Shown here in pieces: positions 62,690-64,000 of a DNA stretch of 64,000 nt. The translations under genes and the position numbers were made by a program. The stretch comes from Mobula hypostoma. Taxonomy: Eukaryota. Below the pieces are notes generated by a model. The model did not search any database. It saw only the letters and a program-made list of their open reading frames with translations, and was not told where the DNA came from. The stretch covers positions 7,316,001 to 7,380,000 of the forward strand of contig NC_086097.1 of assembly GCF_963921235.1 (NCBI RefSeq). Reading direction: 5' to 3'. Within the stretch, counting starts at the first letter, position 1. Each line of letters begins with the position of its first letter.

Positions 62690-63850
62690 TAATTCTTGAC
62701 TGTGTCTCTTCCCACTCTGTCTCTTATAAAAGTGCTATTCCGTTTTCTCAGTTCCACCGTCTCCGCCGCATCTATTCCCAACATGAGTTTTCCTCTCCAG
62801 AACATCAGGGATGTCCTCCTTCTTTAAATCGGGGTTTCCCTTCATTCACCATTTTTGCTGCCCTCACTCACGTCTCCTCTATTTCCTGGACATCCGTGCT
62901 CAGCCCATCTTCCTGCTGACTAACAGTGATCAAGTTTACCACCTTTGTATCCAATATGTCATTTCCACAGCTTCTACCATCTACAAAGAGATATTACTAC
63001 CAAACGCATCTTTACCTCCCCCACTTCCCACCTACTGCACATTTTCAGCAGGGACTGCTGCTTCCGTCATTCCCTTGTCCATTCATCCCTCCCCACTAAT
63101 CTCCTTTCCAGCAATTATCCCTGCCAACAGCCAAAGTGCCATATCTGCTCATTCACCTCCTTCCTCACCTCCATTCAGGATCCCAAGCAGTCCTTCCCGG
63201 TAAGGCAACACTTCCCTGCGAATTTGCTGGAGTCATCTATTGTATCTGGTGCTCTCGATGCAACCTTCTCTACACTGGTGAGAAATTGTCCAGTACCTAT
63301 GCTCCATTCAATAAAAGCAGAATTTCCTGGTAGACAACCATTTTGATCCTATTCCTATTCCCATTGTAAAATGTCAGTCCGTGGCCTCCTCTCGTGCCAC
63401 TCTCAGAGTGGAGGAGCAACACATCATATTCCCTCTGGATAGCCTCCAGCCTAATGGCATGACCATCAATTTCTCCTTCAGGTGAAAATATTTTTTCCTC
63501 CCTCTTCCCCACTCTGGCTCCTTACCTCTTCTCCTCACCTGCCTATTTCCTCTTCCTGGTGCCCCTCCTTCTTCCTAGCCCATTCTCCTCTCCTATCAGA
63601 TTCTTCCTTCCCCACCCCTTTATCTTTCCCACCCTCCCAGCTTCATCCATCTCCTTCTAATGATCCTCCTTTCCTTCCATTCCTTTTTATTCTGGCATAT
63701 TCCCACTTCCTTTTCAGTCCTGATGAAGGGTCCTGGCCTGAAAAGTCAACTGTTAATTAACTTCTGCAGATGCTGCTCAACCTGCTGAGTTCCTACAGCA
63801 TTTTGTGTGTATTGCTTTAGATTTCCACTATCTGTAGATTTCCAGTGTCT
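62690..63850 (+). mobile_element. Penelope-like element (Neptune-type) 3' part: RT thumb, Cys linker, GIY-YIG endonuclease, pLTR with hammerhead
   Basis: KSAIPFSQFHRLRRIYS, PCQQPKCHIC, CEFAGVIYCIWCSRCNLLYTGE; frameshifted. Followed by a pyrimidine tract and CAGTC-CTGATGA...GAAA at 63715-63752. Confidence 0.88.
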
Positions 63851-64000
63851 GGCTAAAGAAATTCATCCTTATCTGTGTTCTAAAGTACTGCAGTATCTCA
63901 GACAGGTTGCCTTGAAGTTACTTGCAATTTCAAGATGGAGGAGGAAAATAAATAATTCTACAATCCTGACAAAAGTGAGTTTGGGCCCGCTTCGCACATT

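Overview
This is non-coding, repeat-saturated vertebrate DNA. The repeat mix (CR1 LINEs with an SGNH-esterase ORF1, V-SINEs, Rex1/Babar, RTE, Penelope-like elements) looks like a cartilaginous fish, probably a ray; that is inference. No host protein-coding gene can be supported, and nearly every ORF in the track is a decayed transposon frame or its antisense. Main contents: an I/Nimb-clade LINE (129-3890), many nested CR1 copies (one near full length at 22458-26371), RTE elements and their non-autonomous derivatives, Rex1/Babar fragments, a full-length dead Tc1, mariner and Harbinger MITEs, and a Penelope-like GIY-YIG element (62690-63850). The most interesting signal is RNA-level. About ten short Penelope-derived insertions carry a minimal hammerhead ribozyme (stem I-CUGAUGA-stem II-GAAA-CG-UC/stem I'), and one copy has an intact core. 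Several have target-site duplications (TSDs), and one fold-back copy inverts 3 nt from the predicted cleavage site. A second, unrelated hammerhead family is also present. Other points are an RTE LINE with a twin-priming-type 5' inversion, a covarying RNA structure in RTE 5' leaders, and a few unique islands with enhancer-like motif clusters. Boundaries were read by eye and are approximate unless a TSD is quoted.
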